The notes beneath the pieces are model-generated. The model saw nothing but the letters and a program-made list of their open reading frames with translations. It ran no database searches and was not told the DNA's origin. A stretch of 64,000 nt of DNA, from positions 62,001 to 126,000 of the forward strand of contig CBFFRP010000151.1 of NCBI GenBank assembly GCA_965644295.1, in the 5' to 3' direction. Origin of the DNA: Paraphysomonas bandaiensis (taxonomy: Eukaryota > Protista > Chrysophyceae). The stretch's first letter is position 1. Each line of letters starts with the position of its first letter. This document shows, piece after piece, positions 13,901 through 27,660 of this stretch. The translations under genes and the position numbers were made by a program.

Positions 13901-15341
13901 TTCCTCTGGCCAAGCCTCTTTATCACATGTCTCTCTTCTTCTCTCTCCCGAGCCTCGTCGTCGTCACTATCAGCCCCAGTCGCGGAGCGCTTCAGCTCAC
14001 GCACTAATCGACTTAGCCCATCATTTTCTCTCTGAATCTTTTGCATATCTTGTGCAGCTTTCCGAAGACCTGTGAGCTCTCTCTTTGCCCGCTCTAGTCG
14101 CTGCTCTGCGAGGACAGCACGCCTCTCAGAAGTCTCTAGTAACCCTTTGAGCTCGGTCATTGTTGCCTCCGCTTCCTTGAGGATCTACAAAAAAGTCATT
14201 CATCTACGTTTCCCAGAAAACAGAACTTGAACAAAACAACAAGGTATATAATAACATCTATACTTCGATTCAATGCGTACCTTCTCAGCCTTCACAGCCG
14301 CCCCGGCTTCAATCTCTGCAGAGATATCAGATCGCCGGGAAAGTACAATATTCAGCTCAGCTTCGAGGTCGCCACGCTCCGCTTGGCTATCATGTAACTG
14401 TCTGCGCATCATTGCTAATTGCTTCTCCTTTTCCTCTTGGCCCTCTTGCAGGGTACCTACGCATGGGTTACACAAAATATCTAGTTCTCAGCAATACGAC
14501 ACTCAACACTTACACACAGTCCGCTGCAGGAATTCCGACTTGCTCATGGCGTCTTGAAGAGCACTCTCTAGATTACTCCTCTCGGTTTCTGTTTCGGTGA
14601 GGCGCTGCTGAAGGTCAACCACCTGAGATTGAAGTTCATGGACCTTCTGAGAAAGGTGTACAACTTCAGTATTGCCGCCTTGTTTCTGTTTTCATGATGG
14701 GTGAGTTCAGTAGAGCATACACAGAATCATCGTGATGAAACACACACCTGTGATGCAATTAACTGAGCTGCTTTTTCTATTGCCTGCTCCATATCTGCAT
14801 GGAAAGCAGATTCAAAGGAGAGACACCTCAGCTGCTCCTCAAGTTGCTGTCTCTCCGCTTCCTCCTTGCAAGCACGTTGACGTAACTCCTCTGCTGCCTC
14901 TCTACGGGCACTAACACTATCCTCTGCACTGCGCTGATGAGATTGACGCATACGAGCCAACAATGATTTCAATTTCACAGTACGTTGTTCTAAATGTCCA
15001 ATAGTTTTCTTTGATTCTTCTAATTCAGTGTTTAGCCCGTTTTCCCGTATAAGACTTACATTAATACGCCATAAATAGAGTGCCTGTCTAAGAATTGCAC
15101 TATGTCCAGCCTGTGTCCGGAGTTTTGATAGTCCAGATAGAAGATATGATATACCAGCTGATGCTAATTGTTGTTGCCATGTAGATTGACGAGTAATAAG
15201 ATCCCAATAGAGTGTATGATCTGTTTGATTAGATGACAATGGCTGTGATTTTAATGAAGTAATCTCTCCTTCTAAACGTTTTATTTTAATGTGTTGTTTC
15301 TTTATATAGTCACGTAATTGATCGGAAGAGAGTTTGTCCAT
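10942..15341 (-). CDS. Multi-exon coiled-coil protein with C-terminal GOLD domain
   Basis: ATG at 15341 (MDKLSSDQLRDY); long coiled-coil exons; GOLD motifs YVLSWDFTV, DIGFSV, LFDNTYSWFKSKAIRY; last exon splices in frame into ORF ending 10942. Confidence 0.75.
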
Positions 15342-15435
15342 CGTTAAAGTGGATGTGAGTGTGAGGAGTGAGAAGGTAAGATAGTGAATTACAGTGATAG
15401 ATAACCACACTACACACACCTCTAATAGATACACG

Positions 15436-16113
15436 TACATACATACATACATACATACACACATACATAATATATACATACATACATACATACATACATA
15501 CATACATACATACATACATACATACATACATACATACATACATACATACATACATACATACATACATACATACATACATACATACATACATACATACATA
15601 CATACATACATACATACATACATACATACATACATACATACATACATACATACATACATACATACATACATACATACATACATACATACATACATACATA
15701 CATACATACATACATACATACATACATACATACATACATACATACATACATACATACATACATACATACATACATACATACATACATACATACATACATA
15801 CATACATACATACATACACACATACATAATATATACATACATACATACATACATACATACATACATACATACATACATACATACATACATACATACATAC
15901 ATACATACATACATACATACATACATACATACATACATACATACATACATACATACATACATACATACATACATACATACATACATACATACATACATAC
16001 ATACATACATACATACATACATACATACATACATACATACATACATACATACATACATACATACATACATACATACATACATACATACATACATACATAC
16101 ATACATACATACA

Positions 16114-16143
<30 letters not shown>
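15436..16143. repeat. (TACA)n microsatellite array, ~700 bp
   Basis: Direct; interruption cassette cacacatacataatatatac recurs at ~15457 and ~15817. Confidence 0.99.
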
Positions 16144-16145
<2 letters not shown>

Positions 16146-16147
16146 AT

Positions 16148-18403
16148 GAGTGCATATGTGAAACTTTTTACTACAACTGTGAATCAACGTATTCTCTGTA
16201 TACTGTGTATATGGAATACATAGGTATACGTGTACGTATATGAGTGTATATCTCTGGGTGACTTCGAAGTGAATGTGATATGGATATATGCATATATGAG
16301 TACATGATTCAGAGGCTCTGCTGCCTCCTCTACTCACAGACACGAGTGAGGACTATCAACAGTGTGTGGTCATAGTGGTGTATAGTGGTGTGTGCTCCTC
16401 ATGAGGAGAGAGACTCGTATGATCATATGAATAATACCGCAGCAGATACACACACATACATACAGAACACCCACACACACATACATGCATAGACCGTATG
16501 GAGCATCCTGAATAGCCATATAGCTGAAACAGAAGCGTTCACCACTAATGCGCCTCTGAGTATGTTATTTTATATGGTGTATCTGCATTAATGGTGCTGT
16601 GGAAGCATGTGTATCCGTTAGAAGACTGTGACGCTGTTGTTGATGGAGCTGGTGGTGACCATCCATATGAGGACTTCCTCTATAAGGATAACATATGAGT
16701 AATATGAGAGTGTGGATGAGTTGTGGAAGTGGTGAGAGTGTATGTATGTGGTATAGGGACGCCTCTTACGACCCAACCAGTGAAGAGCCTGTCGACCATA
16801 TGACTCCTAATGCTGTATCATTCGTAATGACCTGCTGTGTCCTGTAAATATGACTGAGGTTTACATATATCACTCATCAAGATGAAGATGCTGCTGTAGA
16901 TAAGAGATGGATGTATATCGTATATTACATAATGCTATAGCATACGTATCCACTTACCACTTACTTACAACTTATATCATATATTACTATCAGTGTTTAT
17001 CAGACACTGTAATGTAGAGCTGTCTACTAATCCTTCATCAAGATGAAGGTGCCGATGTAGATGTAAGTATATCGTATATCACATAATGTTATAACATATC
17101 TACTGACAACATATATACATATTTGTCAGCCTAATAGAGCTGTTTGTCAAGAGTTTGATTTCTACTGCTTAAATTTAAAGAAGTGACATTTATCAATTCC
17201 ATACACATTTCAACTTGCAGATTGCATTGTACAAGCTACCGTACGAAACTGTATCCATCTGCTTTAACATATGAACACTTACGATATGATTCACAATTAT
17301 ATCCAGCGCACTAGAGAATGTTTCATTACTAGTCTTTTTTGTCCAGTTTGTGTCTCCTTGCTCTTGAACAAGCATTGCATCACCTTTCCAGTCAAAATAT
17401 TCAAACATCAATCAAGCTACTGAATCAGATCTACTCATTATATTCCACATCAGTACAAAATATGCCCACATGAACAAGATATAGGACCAACTGCCTGCAA
17501 TAGCACAGGGAACCATCAACATCATATTCGTCGCTAAAATTTTATGGCCATTCATTTTTAACGGACTTTTACCCTCTTCTGGTTTCATGAGTCCTTTCTT
17601 CTTCAGTTCATTGATGTCTTTCTCATAGCCATCTATCGCCTGTCTTAGTTCTAAGTCTAAGACTACATCCACGTCCAGCTTCATATTTCTTAAGGTATAT
17701 AAGTAGACAATAGGGCTTCTATATCCCTTAATGTGGGATCTACTAGGGGGGTCAGGTTCACTTTCTGGAATGTCATCTGGGGCCCTTAGCTCCCCTCTTT
17801 CGCTCCTTCGTGAGCCGGTGTGAACAGATGGCCGAAGTACTCAAGAGAGATGTCTTTCGGGAATGGAATCTTCAAATTTTCATCATCATCAGAGCTTCAG
17901 GGTATGCTGTTATACACCACGCTACAATATGGCCAACCTTTTTTCTGTATGCTGCTTTCATTCCTGCTTTTGTTCGTTTCTTCTTATAGTCAAATACATT
18001 ATCAGCATTGGAGTCAACAGACACAACCGGCTGTCGGCGTATACGGCCACTTCCTCTTCGCCATTTAGGCAACTCTTCTTCCTTGTCTGAATCTTTCTCA
18101 CTCATGTTTGCAGTAAGTATGGTCGAATATTGATATATACCACTAACGGATATGACGTGCAAGGAGAATAGTAGAGTATTCTAACAGTGTTTTACAACTA
18201 ATAAAGTGGCTATTTCCCTATAAAGTTGTAGTTTCCTCATATAAAAGTGCCGATTTTTCTGTGAAAGGAAATGTTTCACATATGCATTGAATATGATTAT
18301 CTACTATACATTCGTCCGTATTCGAGGCATATGTGAAACATTTCCTTTCACAGGTGGGGTTTCTAGATGAGGAAAAAACCCACAGAGTTTCACATATGCA
18401 GTC
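16148..18403 (-). mobile_element. 2.26-kb element with 18-bp terminal inverted repeats carrying a decayed Crypton-like tyrosine-recombinase ORF
   Basis: gagtgcatatgtgaaact (16148-16165) vs agtttcacatatgcagtc (18386-18403), 17/18 match; ORF pieces 17193-18162 with EGKSPL...WAYFVLMWNIMSRSDSV*LMFEYFDWKGDAMLV resembling Crypton YR proteins; stops/frameshifts. Confidence 0.65.
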
Positions 18404-18792
18404 CATACATACATACATACATACATACATACATACATACATACATACATACATACATACATACATACATACATACATACATACATACATACATACATAC
18501 ATACATACATACATACATACATACATACATACATACATACATACATACATACATACATACATACATACATACATACATACATACATACATACATACATAC
18601 ATACATACATACATACATACATACATACATACATACATACATACATACTTACATACATACATAATATATACATACATACATACATACATACATACATACA
18701 TACATACATACATACATACATACATACATACATACATACATACATACATACATACATACATACATACATACATACATACATACATACATACA

Positions 18793-18826
<34 letters not shown>

Positions 18827-19320
18827 CATACATACATACATACATACATACATACATACATACATACATACATACATACATACATACATACATACATACA
18901 TACATACATACATACATACATACATACATACATACATACATACATACATACATACATACATACATACATACATACATACATACATACATACATACATACA
19001 TACATACATACATACATACATACATACATACATACATAATAAATACATACATACATACATACATACATACATACATACATACATACATACATACATACAT
19101 ACATACATACATACATACATACATACATACATACATACATACATACATACATACATACATACATACATACATACATACATACATACATACATACATACAT
19201 ACATACATACATACATACATACATACATACATACATACATACATACATACCTACATACATACATACATACATACATACATACATACATACATACATACAT
19301 ACATACATACATACATACAT
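18404..19320. repeat. (TACA)n microsatellite array, ~915 bp
   Basis: Direct; ends ~190 bp upstream of the GH31 ATG. Confidence 0.99.
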
Positions 19321-19508
19321 TCGTCGAGGATATTCTTCTGTTCTCATTGTACTTGTATCTATGATGTCACTGCATCTCTCTTACTTCCTCCTCTCATAGC
19401 CTCATATACACTGTATATATATATATATATAGTCTCATAATCTCATCGTCATTATCTCTTCTCTCCAACATACATACATACATACATACATAAATATACA
19501 TCTATCTC

Positions 19509-22500
19509 ATGCTCTATTGGCCCCTACTTCTTCTCACTACCACTTCACTCCCTACTCTTCTCTCACAATCATGTACTGACGTCTACCCTCAACTCTCATG
19601 TGGATTAAATTATAATACTGAATCCTCATGTATATCTGCCGGTTGTTGTTGGGATACAGATGCATGTTATGCTCCTACAGTATCTGGATATACATACATT
19701 GAAACATTCACTGATTCTGGACGTACATATGCGAATTTAACATTAAAAAACCCTTCAAATATGCTAAATAGTACAGATTTTAAGACTTTAGCATTAGAAA
19801 TTATTGAAGAAACTAATTATCGTATGCATATACGTATTGTACCATATGAAGAAAAGTATTGGGAAATTCCTGAGAAAATTCTACCACGTCCAGGTGGTAT
19901 CTTTAATGAATCTACATCTACATATCCAGGTATCTTACATATGGAAACATACATATCATCAGATCCTTTTAGTTTATCAATTATACGTCAACAAGGTGGT
20001 GTTGATCCCATATATCAAGATACTATACTTGATTTAACGAATCAACTTGTATATCAATCACAATATATTCAATTTATATTAACAACACCATATGATGTAT
20101 CTGAAACATATGGGTTTGGTGAATCAACACGTTCTACACAACGTATGGAAGAGAATACTACATATACATTATGGAATACTGATATTGCCTCTGCAATATT
20201 TGGTGTATCACTCTATGGATCTCATCCTTTCTTTATACAGGTATGGTATGAGTTGAAAGTATTGAATTGAAGAGATGTTGTACTCATTATATATATGTGT
20301 ATAATATATGTGTAGATATATCTTAATATATGTGTATATGTATATGTCATACTACTTATATACTATCAGCTGTATAACTGTGTTATATGTATACAGGTCA
20401 AATCTAACGGTCAGGCTAGTGGCGTCTTATTTTTAAACTCCAATGCCATGCAACTCACCCATACGAAATCCTCTACTCTTGGTGGTAGAGTAGGGATACA
20501 GAGTACTGGAGGAGTGCTAGATCTTTATATTTTTGCAGGGCCGACCCCTGAACTTGTCGTGATGCAGTACTTGGAAGTAGTCGGCAAGCCCGCCTTGGTT
20601 CCATTTTGGTCCCTGGGCTTCCATAACTGTCGGTGGGGATACCCCGATATAGGCTATGTGGAAGATGTGGTTGCAAATTACTCTGCTGCTTCCATTCCCT
20701 TGGAGACCCAGTGGCTAGATATTGACTATATGGACTCATATCTGGACTTCACCCTCGACCCAACGACTTACCCCCAAGCTAGAATGACTGCTTTCGTTGA
20801 TTCTCTTCATACTAATAACCAGAGATTTGTACCCATAGTGGACCCTGGCATATATGTACGGGAACCCTCGTATGATGCTTTCAAAGAGGGTATGGAGAGA
20901 AATGTATTTGTCATGGATATGACGGGTTCTACACCATATCTTGGCCAAGTGTAAGTGCGATTCGTGGGTGTATCTTTGCTTATTTTATGCTTACTGTATG
21001 CTACTTAGGTGGCCGGGCCCAACATATTTTCCAGATTGGTTTGCGGAGAACACTTCTTCATGGTGGAGCGATCAAATAGCTAAATTTCGGGACCTCGTTG
21101 AGTTCGACGGTAAGCATGATGTCAATTTTGGAATAATCTTGTAAATTATCCTTTGTAGGCATATGGATTGATATGAACGAGGTAGCCAACTTCTGCAATT
21201 TGGGTGGTAAAGCTCAGGTGTGTGTGTTAAACGCCTCTGATCCTTGCCCCGACAACTCCTGCTGCTTAATATGCTCTACTCCGGAACCGAACAATACATA
21301 TGACTTTCCACCTTTTGTCCCTCATGTGGCAATGGGAAGTCTTGGTGGAAAGACAATGTCAATGAACTCTTATCATGCCGGAGGAGTACTCGAGTACAAC
21401 GCCCACTCTCTATACGGTTTCATGGAGAGTATCGCCACAAGAGAAGCACTTCTGCGTAATACCGACAAGCGCCCCTTTCTTCTGTCGAGGTCAACGTTTC
21501 TGGGTTCTGGTGTATACACCGCCCACTGGACTGGGGACAATGCTGCAACGTGGGCCGATCTATCTGCATCAATCATAACCATGAACAATATGGCTCTTTT
21601 TGGTATTCCTATGGTGGGAGCGGACATATGTGAGTGAGTACCTATTCACTGAACTGTATAATATATTTGTGCAGGTGGATTTTTCGAGGACACCACAGAG
21701 GAACTATGTGCACGGTGGATTGAGGTAGGAGCATTCTCCCCCTTTTCAAGAGATCACAACGACCTGTACTCTGCTCCCCAAGAATTGTACAGATGGGATA
21801 CTGTTGCAGAGGCCAGTCGAAATGTCCTAAGCCTTCGCTATCGCCTACTTCCACACCTATATACTCTTATGTATATGGCACATGCGCATGGGAGGACAGT
21901 GCACAATGCTTTATGGATGCACTTTCCACGAGATCCAATCACTCTCTCGCAGGCTGACGGGCAGTATATGTGGGGGGCATCCATTTTGTTTACTCCTGTT
22001 CTCACCGAGGGTGCGACTAGCGTCACTGGATACTTCCCAAGTAATTTCAGCTTTGTGTTTTGTGTTCGTGAACTGACTTCCTGTGTGTAGAGGGTATGTG
22101 GTATTCTCTGTTTAGCCCATACGACGTTATCGATTCGAGCTATGAAGGTCAATTTGTCACAATCGACACTCCGTTAACCAGTACCAATGCTCACTTGAGA
22201 GGAGGGCATATTGTCCCCACTCAGAGTAGTGGGATGACAACAACTGATGTCCAACAGAGCCCTTTTACACTCTTAGTGGCGCTGGATAAACAGGGTAGTC
22301 ATGCTGTGGGTGGACTCTTCTTAGACGATGGAGAGCAGGTCAACCTCTCTACGTACTCTCTGGTGGAGTACATATACAGAGAAAGCAAGCTGGAATCTAT
22401 CGCGATTAATGACTCGTACATCCTCCCATCTGCTCAGCTGAACTCCGTCGAGTTATGGGGGGTAGATGTGCCAGACGCTTACACTTCGTGTTCGGCAGAG

Positions 22501-22857
22501 TTGGTAACTGATGTAGGGGCTGTTGTTCCTGCCGCTTCTGTAGAACTACAAGTACTGTCTGGATATAAAAAAGTTATTATATCGTTCGATAGCGCTGTTG
22601 TGAGCAGTGGTACTGTTAATGTGGCATCCAGCTACACATTGTCTTGGAGCTGCGTCCAACCGGGTGTGGAGACGAAGAAGTCCTCAGAAGATGATGATGG
22701 GTGGGACTCTCTCCCCGAGTATGCTCAGGGCCTCATTATCGTAGCCTTATGCGTTGTGTTTCTCGTCGTAGTTGGTGTAATTGTATATTTGGTCAAGTGT
22801 AGCGGCAGTAGAAAGGACACTGAACTTCTTGGTGCAGAGAACTCACGAAGTATCTAG
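19509..22857 (+). CDS. Glycoside hydrolase family 31 alpha-glucosidase (GAA/MGAM-like) with signal peptide, trefoil-like domain and C-terminal TM helix; multi-exon
   Basis: [37 protein letters not shown], catalytic GIWIDMNE and [20 protein letters not shown]. Confidence 0.95.
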
Positions 22858-22928
22858 AGTAGGTGATTATGAATTCTCGTCTTCTAAGTAGGTTGTAGAA
22901 GTACTTAAAAAGGCAAGAGGTATATATT

Positions 22929-23110
22929 GAATGTCTGATTATTTAGCAATAGGCGTTGAAAGCCTGCACCAATTAGTGGCTAGAAGAATGCTAGTCATAC
23001 TAGTTAGACTACTACCCGCAACTAATCAATACAAACTCTTTTATCCTACTATTTAACGCTACAGAAGCTGCTTGTGCGTCGCCGCAAGCACCAAGGTGCA
23101 ACCACTTCCG
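22929..23110 (+). repeat. Dispersed repeat family A (hairpin-bearing); other copies 38436-38535, 52766-52891, partial reverse copy ~10731-10768
   Basis: Shared core atcctactatttaacgctac..aagctgcttgtgcgtc.cc.caagcaccaaggtgcaac. Confidence 0.85.
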
Positions 23111-23875
23111 TTCTTAGTGTGTGTTATGAGGCTCGCCATGATCGTGTGTCCTGGGACTCACCGGCGCGTGTGATCTGGAGGTCTCCTCTTGGGATGAGAC
23201 TCCACTCGCTATATGATAGATAGCCTTATGTACCTCACGGGGACTGTCTTATTAGCCTTATGGCAGTTAGGGGAAACAGTAATATGCCCTTCTGAGATTG
23301 GCGATCTGGTGGCCTTCCTTTAGGCATTGTTCCAAGTGGCTCGGAGGTATGTGGATGAAGGTCTTGCAAAAGGTTATGGCCTACTGTGAAGAAGCGTCGA
23401 AATCGGCTCTTTTGCTGTCTTAGCCAGCGGTAGAGAACACATGCAAGAGGGTGTATAGCTGTACAGGGGTGGGATGTGAGGGTCATCCGGTGTGTCCAGC
23501 TACAGGGAGTCGAGAGGGAGTGTGATGGTGCAAGAGAGGCAACATCTGATTGAGGAGAGTGAGACTGCGCAACAGAACAAGAGTCACTGAGGTCGAGTAC
23601 TCTGATAGACCTATGCACGAGATGATCGTGATGATGATGATGGTCTGGAGGAGACACTCGGACGTCCTCAGCTGCCCTTGTCAGTGTCTGTGTTGGTGCA
23701 GGGGGGTACAGACTGAGGCATAGAGAGTGTGTGTAAGGAAGATGACGGCAAGGTATCAGAGACGAAGGGAGAGGCGATAGTTTGTCCGGGGGTTTTCTAG
23801 GAGGAGGTAGAGTGTACTGTGTGTGTGTATGACACTGCAGTGGTGTTATGAGTGTGTTGGACAGAGAGAGAGAGC

Positions 23876-23995
23876 TGGTGATGTGTCCAACAGTACAGGT
23901 ATACAGGTACATGGACATGGTGATGTGTCCAACAGTACAGGTAGACAGGTACATGGACATGGTGATGTGTCCAACAGTACAGGTAGACAGGTACA
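23876..23995. repeat. 42-bp tandem repeat x~3 within a compositionally skewed, probably TE-derived segment (23235-24600)
   Basis: tggtgatgtgtccaacagtacaggtagacaggtacatggaca repeated. Confidence 0.9.
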
Positions 23996-25230
23996 CGGAA
24001 TGGTATACATCCTGTAGGACACAGTAGTACAGTAGTCGAGTATACCGTATGCGGAATACAGTGTCTATCCAATGAGATGGATGGGCTGTGGGGGTGATAG
24101 GTGAACAGGGTGAGGGGGTAGCCTGCTGGGTGCATAGACCACAGACAAACCATGTTGGGTTGGGTTGAGTGGGCGGCAGAAGGCAGCCCTGTTGCACAGT
24201 TGAGAGGGATCGAGAGTATTCAGTGATTGCATAGGGGGTCCATGGGGGTCGTTTTCGTGAGCCTGCTCGCACGAGCCATGTTCTGAGAGGTTGTAGCCGT
24301 AGAAAGCGATGGGTGAGACGAAGTTGTCTGCTGAGGGGATAGCACATAGGTGCGGTCAGCGCTGCATTGGTGCAGGCACGTGGTTTAACTGAAGTAGTTG
24401 AGTAGGGTGAAGGTTGCAAGGCCAGGCAGGGGGGCTTGGAGCGTGTACAACATGGTGTGACAGGTAATTTGTCGGAAGCGTGGTGGTCAACAAAATGCAG
24501 CAGTAAGGGAGTGTAAAAGGCCCTGGGCACACTGATGTGACTCAGCCACGGTCTCAATAGAGACATTGGGCTTGGAGCTGGTTAATAGGGTGAAACTTTA
24601 TGTTGGACTGTATTTGCCATCGTAGGGCAGAGAATTGGCAAGAGGTATATTGTGTGTATGCGGTGTATCTCTATTTTGTATCACGATAATTAATTCCTTG
24701 CATCATTTGGCAATAGTACAACGTGCAACGCGGTTACTAGCTGCATTCTCACATTTCATACGTCGGCTTAAAATGGAAACACAATGGATATATAGCACAA
24801 TGGAAGTTATTGGTATTAAGTATCGATTCATATAAACCAGTTGATATAACATACCAATACGATTCACTGCATATTATACAAGATCTGTTATGGTTCAAGA
24901 TGTGTTTGTATATGATTAAGCTCGTTTCAACCCGGCATCCGCCCCAGACTTGGAAGCAGCATGACAAGTGTTCCAGATATATCTCGTTTATACAGTTTGC
25001 TGTCACATATATAATAATATTATTATTCTCTATAAAAGCTTATTGTCCGCTATGCTGTACAACAGAGCTTTGCTTAAATTCTGAACACAAGGTGATCACT
25101 TTGTGGACAGTGATTGTTCTCTAATACTGTATATCACAACCGTAACAACGATAGATTGCTATCATTCTGTACAAAAGCGGTGGCAGAAAGACAAATAAAA
25201 CAAAAGAACGTGTGCTCCTACTGTGCTCTG

Positions 25231-26863
25231 TTACATACGGGTACTGCGGCCCCTCGAATCCCACCGCTCCACTCTGTCTCTGTCTTGTTCCCAAGAGTAC
25301 TGTCGCCTTAATCTATCTCTACTCCATTCCTTTTCTTTACTGCGACTTCGACTGCGTTTCCTTCCCCTGTGGTCTCTGCGGATGTGGTCACCCCGTCGAT
25401 TGTAATCCCACTCATGGTCTCCGAAGCTATTCCGCCGTCCAGGCCGACCATCGCGCCAGCTTCCGCCATCACGCCTGTCTCTTATTCCGTGCTGATGATG
25501 ATGGTTATGCCATCCATCCCCAGTGCTCCGTCTCTCTGGCCTATGGAACTGGCGATGACCTAGCTCTTCATGAAGCTCACAGGTCCCATTACTTCCATCA
25601 CCGTTACTCTCTCGTCGACTACACCGCTCTGGACCCCTTTCCCCGTATCCACTATCTGAAAGGTGGTCCACTAATTCCCCTATATAGACATGACTACATA
25701 GGTACATAGCAGCTATACATTCACCATATAAAGCAAGTCTATCTAAGCACACCTGTATTGCAATCCCGACCCTGCGTCCATCTACGTGCTGCTTCTCTTC
25801 GTGACTTTTCTTTCTCTTCGGCCTCCACAGCCCTTCTATTCAGCTCCGCAGCCTTCTTCGCGTTCCATTTCATCCCCAGGTGTGCTTTGAGGTAACCTTG
25901 CTCTTTTAATCCCCACCAACGCATTGAACCAACTGCTTTCCTGTCACTAATAATTTCATCTTCCAGTGCCACCTCTGGTTGTTTCAGATAGATACAATCA
26001 CTGGGTTCGTCCTCGTCATCAAATGCAAAGGACTCCAATAGAGAATTTTCACTACTCATAACACCATCAGGCTCTCTGCTTTCCGAGCTCTGGAAGGATG
26101 AGTATGACGGTTGCGATGTTGGAGTAGCAGTTAATTGTTTCGTTTGAGCAACTGTTGGAGTGCCACAAGGCTCACGTGATGGAAGGCTCCAGTCAGATGC
26201 ACTAATATCTGGGAGTGATACAGCTAGTCTCGATTGCTGTCGTCTCAGTGAAGAGTCTTTCGCTGGTCGAGGGGTTCGCATTGGTGGAATGTTATTTACT
26301 ACTCGTTTGCATACGTCTTGCAGCAGCTGCAATATGACTGTTAACTACACATATGTATACACATATATACATATATCTCTATCTAGACACATATATTTGC
26401 ACGTATATATATCTACCTGTATACATATGCACATACATACCTATACACACAGCTATAAACATACATATGCATATAGATATATACATATATATATACATGC
26501 GCATATACACTCATACATATATACATATCTCCTCATATACATATATATACATACCTACACACTCAAACACATACATATACACGCATATGCACATACATAT
26601 ACACTCATATACACATACATTCATATGCATATACATATACACGCATATGCACATACATACACGCATATACACATACCTACACACTCAAACACATACATAT
26701 ACACGCATATGCACATACATACACGCATATGCACATACATACATACCTTATTAGAGTTAATGCGATATCTCAGCTCTTGTATCCATATATCCTCATCCAC
26801 ACGACTCTTACCTCTTAATGTACTCATAGGTCTCTTTAAACTTGATTTTAAAGGTTCATTCAT
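25231..26863 (-). CDS. Three-exon protein of unknown function with Arg/Ser/Asp-rich C terminus
   Basis: In-frame joins NSNK|LLQDV (intron 26746-26327) and NTG|ELVDH; tail RGRKRSRSRSKEKEWSRDR. Confidence 0.65.
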
Positions 26864-27084
26864 ATTATCTATGTATCTATAGAGAGAAGGAGATGCTACG
26901 ATAAGATGATGTGGTTATATATACATACATACATAGACCTTACCATGTACATACATTGGAGGGGTATTACCATCCAATAGTAAATTAAAACAAAATATCC
27001 TTTGTTTTTATAAAAAGCATAGGTTTTTAGGTATGGTTATGTGAAAATATGACCCAAAGGTGATATACAATAGTACTTACTGGA

Positions 27085-27222
27085 GGCATCTTTTGTATAT
27101 TTTTGTTCAAAGATGCCTCTAATATGGAGACAACAATTATATGTATTACAGCCGTAGTTGTAGTTCAGTAATATAGAAGATATTTGATTCAATTTATTTC
27201 CGAAAAATAAGATGCTGACTGC
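27085..27222 (+). mobile_element. MITE-like family B copy (ends eroded)
   Basis: Matches 34580-34728 core gtatt.cagccgtagttgta...ttcaatttatttccgaaaaataagatgctgactgc. Confidence 0.8.
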
Positions 27223-27425
27223 GGTGTAAAAAGTAGGTCCCACTGCAAAAAATAGGTACCCTCACATTTTCCCTCAAAATAGTGAATTTTATGTATGAAA
27301 ATTGATTATTTTGTGAGAAAATGTGGGTGCCTAGTTCTTGCATATCTCACTCTATACTTTTACACACAGTACATACTTGACGAAAAAAACCTACCGAAAG
27401 AGTGACCTCCCGATTCCACTGGACC

Positions 27426-27569
27426 ATATCGGCATCCTTTGTATATTTTTGTTCTCAGATGCCTCTAATATTGAGACAATAATTATCTGTATTCCAGCCG
27501 TAGTTGTATTGAAGTTATATAGAGAATATTTGATTCAATTTATTTCCGAAAAAGAAGATGCTGACTGCC
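27426..27569 (+). mobile_element. MITE-like family B copy
   Basis: Starts atatcggcatcc; same core. Confidence 0.8.
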
Positions 27570-27660
27570 ACCTCACACTTCACAGATCTTCATATATATG
27601 ACCTGACATTAAGAGGGTCTTGTTAACTCTAAATATCATTATTTATGGAGAAATATATAA

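Noticed and set aside
15310-19440. Long MYVC/YIHT-repeat ORFs (also 59759-60899 and N-terminal extensions of ORFs 14727-16343 and 33006-34214)
   Set aside because: Artefacts of stop-free (TACA)n microsatellite
23235-24566. 443-aa minus-strand ORF as a host gene
   Set aside because: Low-complexity, skewed composition, internal tandem repeat, no recognisable domain; probably TE-derived
26160-26882. His/Tyr/Ile-rich plus-strand ORFs
   Set aside because: Antisense reading of a CA/TA-rich first intron of the minus-strand gene
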